This document shows positions 26,302 through 27,708 of a DNA stretch of 27,708 bases, piece by piece. Position 1 is the first letter of the stretch; each line of letters starts with the position of its first letter. The stretch lies in NCBI GenBank assembly GCA_048938005.1, contig JBHLMQ010000039.1:1-27708 (forward strand), read 5' to 3'. The notes under the pieces are model-generated. The model made no database searches. It saw only the letters and a program-made list of their open reading frames with translations, and had not been told where the DNA came from. The position numbers and the translations under genes are program-made. Source of the DNA: Promethearchaeota archaeon (GTDB lineage Archaea; Asgardarchaeota; Lokiarchaeia; Sigyniarchaeales; SOKP01).

Positions 26302-27699
26302 TTATTTACTTTCTATTGCTTCCATTAATATTTGATTCGCTCTATCTCTAATTTTTAGAATTTTTTCCGATGAAATTGATTCTTCCATATGATTCAAAGT
26401 TATACTCAGATTTCCTCCATGTGTGACCACACCTAAGACTAATTCAGTGTAGGGTGAACAAGACGGCATCAAAATGAGATTTTTCAGGATTAAATTTCCA
26501 TATTTTTCTGGAAAATTCGTTTTACCAAGATTAGTTATTATTTGGGCCATTGCGAATCCTTTTGAAAGTTTTTTCTTGACTATTTTATTTACTATATTTT
26601 TTTTATCAGAGAGAAATGTTTGAATTTTATCATAGCTTTTTGAAGTTGATGGGATGAGTGCACCAAAAGCAGCGAAGATTTGAGCTTCATATAAAGTTGA
26701 ACTTAGAGCAAAGACATTTAAAGTGCCTATTAACGCTTGTTTTCTTGCTCTATTGGGTGTTGCTTTAAGGTGAATCTTTTTAGTTACCTCCCAAAAATCA
26801 TTTTGATCAGTATATTTAAAATTCAGTTGCATTCCACCCGCGAAAAAGCCAAATTGTTCGCCAGCAGGATTATTTAAGAGATCTCTTAAATTCACAGCAA
26901 ATGAAATATTCTGTAAATATTTTGGAGATTTAGGATTTAATTGATTTTGAGCAATAGCAAAAGCAATCATCAGTGCTGTGTTCACAGTAACCCCATTTTT
27001 ACGGCAAGCCATAACTAATGCTTTTGTATCTTCTTTGGAAAGCTCATATAAGTGGGCTTTATAAGTATAGTTATTCCAATAGACATCGTGTAGAGCATAA
27101 AAATCATCATAATTAAAGAGCAATTCACATTTTTCCCATTTTTTATTGATTGTCTTGCTAAAAATTCGCATCATTGAACTAGGTTTAATATCAGAAGGTA
27201 TATTTTCTTCGTTAACCAATGGAGCGGGGGGTAGTAATTCAACCTCTTTCTGCGGATCTCCTAAAGATACCATAATATCTCTTGCTAAATATGCCAAGGA
27301 CATGCCATCACTGATAGTGTGTTGACAAAAGATAATTAGATCTGAGATATTAGGGGAATGGAGTAATATGAACCTAATTAAGGGTCCCTGCTCCATTTTA
27401 AATGGAATTTTATGTTGCTGAATAATTTCATCTCTCCATTGGTCATCAGAAGTACGCTTGATTACTTTTAATGGAATTTCTAAACTACTATTTGCTAAAA
27501 AAAAAAGGTCTTTACCTTCATGTTTCAAGTATGCATTAAGTATAGGATGCCTTTGTTGCATTTTTTTAATTACTTTCTTCAACTCATCAATAGAAACGTT
27601 CCCTAGAATAGTTGCTATCATGGATATATTCGAATTTGGTGCTTTTGAGTGGGCTCGTTCTCTCTGATTTAATTTTCTTTTAAAATATTGATTATTCAA
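26302..27699 (-). CDS. Stand-alone condensation-domain / alcohol acetyltransferase (PapA5/ATF-like) acyltransferase; start may lie beyond the window
   Basis: RKLNQRE, QRHPILN, GPLIRFILL, catalytic HxxxDG (QHTISDGMS), CRKNGVTVNTAL, AVNLR and ITNLGK. The frame stays open to the window edge. Confidence 0.85.
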   Translation of the reverse strand: MNNQYFKRKLNQRERAHSKAPNSNISMIATILGNVSIDELKKVIKKMQQRHPILNAYLKHEGKDLFFLANSSLEIPLKVIKRTSDDQWRDEIIQQHKIPFKMEQGPLIRFILLHSPNISDLIIFCQHTISDGMSLAYLARDIMVSLGDPQKEVELLPPAPLVNEENIPSDIKPSSMMRIFSKTINKKWEKCELLFNYDDFYALHDVYWNNYTYKAHLYELSKEDTKALVMACRKNGVTVNTALMIAFAIAQNQLNPKSPKYLQNISFAVNLRDLLNNPAGEQFGFFAGGMQLNFKYTDQNDFWEVTKKIHLKATPNRARKQALIGTLNVFALSSTLYEAQIFAAFGALIPSTSKSYDKIQTFLSDKKNIVNKIVKKKLSKGFAMAQIITNLGKTNFPEKYGNLILKNLILMPSCSPYTELVLGVVTHGGNLSITLNHMEESISSEKILKIRDRANQILMEAIESK

Positions 27700-27708
27700 T
27701 TCAATCTG

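Noticed and set aside
6-27667. Short ORFs antisense to long genes (e.g. 6-296, 988-1197, 2039-2251, 3659-3922, 4354-5218, 6087-6424, 9894-11150, 11349-12058, 18322-18636, 19189-19371, 20198-20934, 25125-25436, 25775-25981, 27458-27667)
   Set aside because: Shadow frames of well-supported genes with no recognisable motifs.
1-27708. CRISPR arrays, tRNA/rRNA genes, IS elements, integrases
   Set aside because: No regularly spaced repeats, GC-rich structured RNA segments, transposase motifs or terminal inverted repeats were seen by eye.

Overview
A very AT-rich, gene-dense archaeal chromosomal segment, most consistent with an Asgard archaeon of the Lokiarchaeia/Promethearchaeota type. That assignment is inferred from an actin-family gene, a stand-alone longin-like gene, an ASH-Ski2 helicase, archaeal TATA/BRE elements and GGTGA ribosome-binding sites. 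It holds about 26 CDS. Housekeeping genes include threonine synthase-wHTH (partial), an ECF S-component, ASH-Ski2, folD, purH, guaB, HAD and MBL hydrolases and a CBS protein. An accessory block at the right end carries a GT-C glycosyltransferase, an ABC exporter, two GbsR/MarR regulators, an ICMT-family protein and a stand-alone condensation domain. The most notable candidates are eukaryote-like proteins: (i) an actin-related protein with degenerate hydrolysis residues and a ~130-aa double zinc-ribbon insertion, (ii) a longin-like gene tightly linked to a DRG-family GTPase with degenerate G-motifs, (iii) a 908-aa HEAT plus tandem winged-helix (UFL1/DDRGK/PCI-like) scaffold, (iv) an SSUH2-like zinc-finger protein and (v) an uncalled 54-aa SAM-like microprotein. 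Direct reading of the DNA also shows two sets of duplicated palindromic operators and a probable ATA start codon. No rRNA, tRNA, CRISPR array or mobile element was recognised. All family assignments come from motif recognition by eye, not from database searches.
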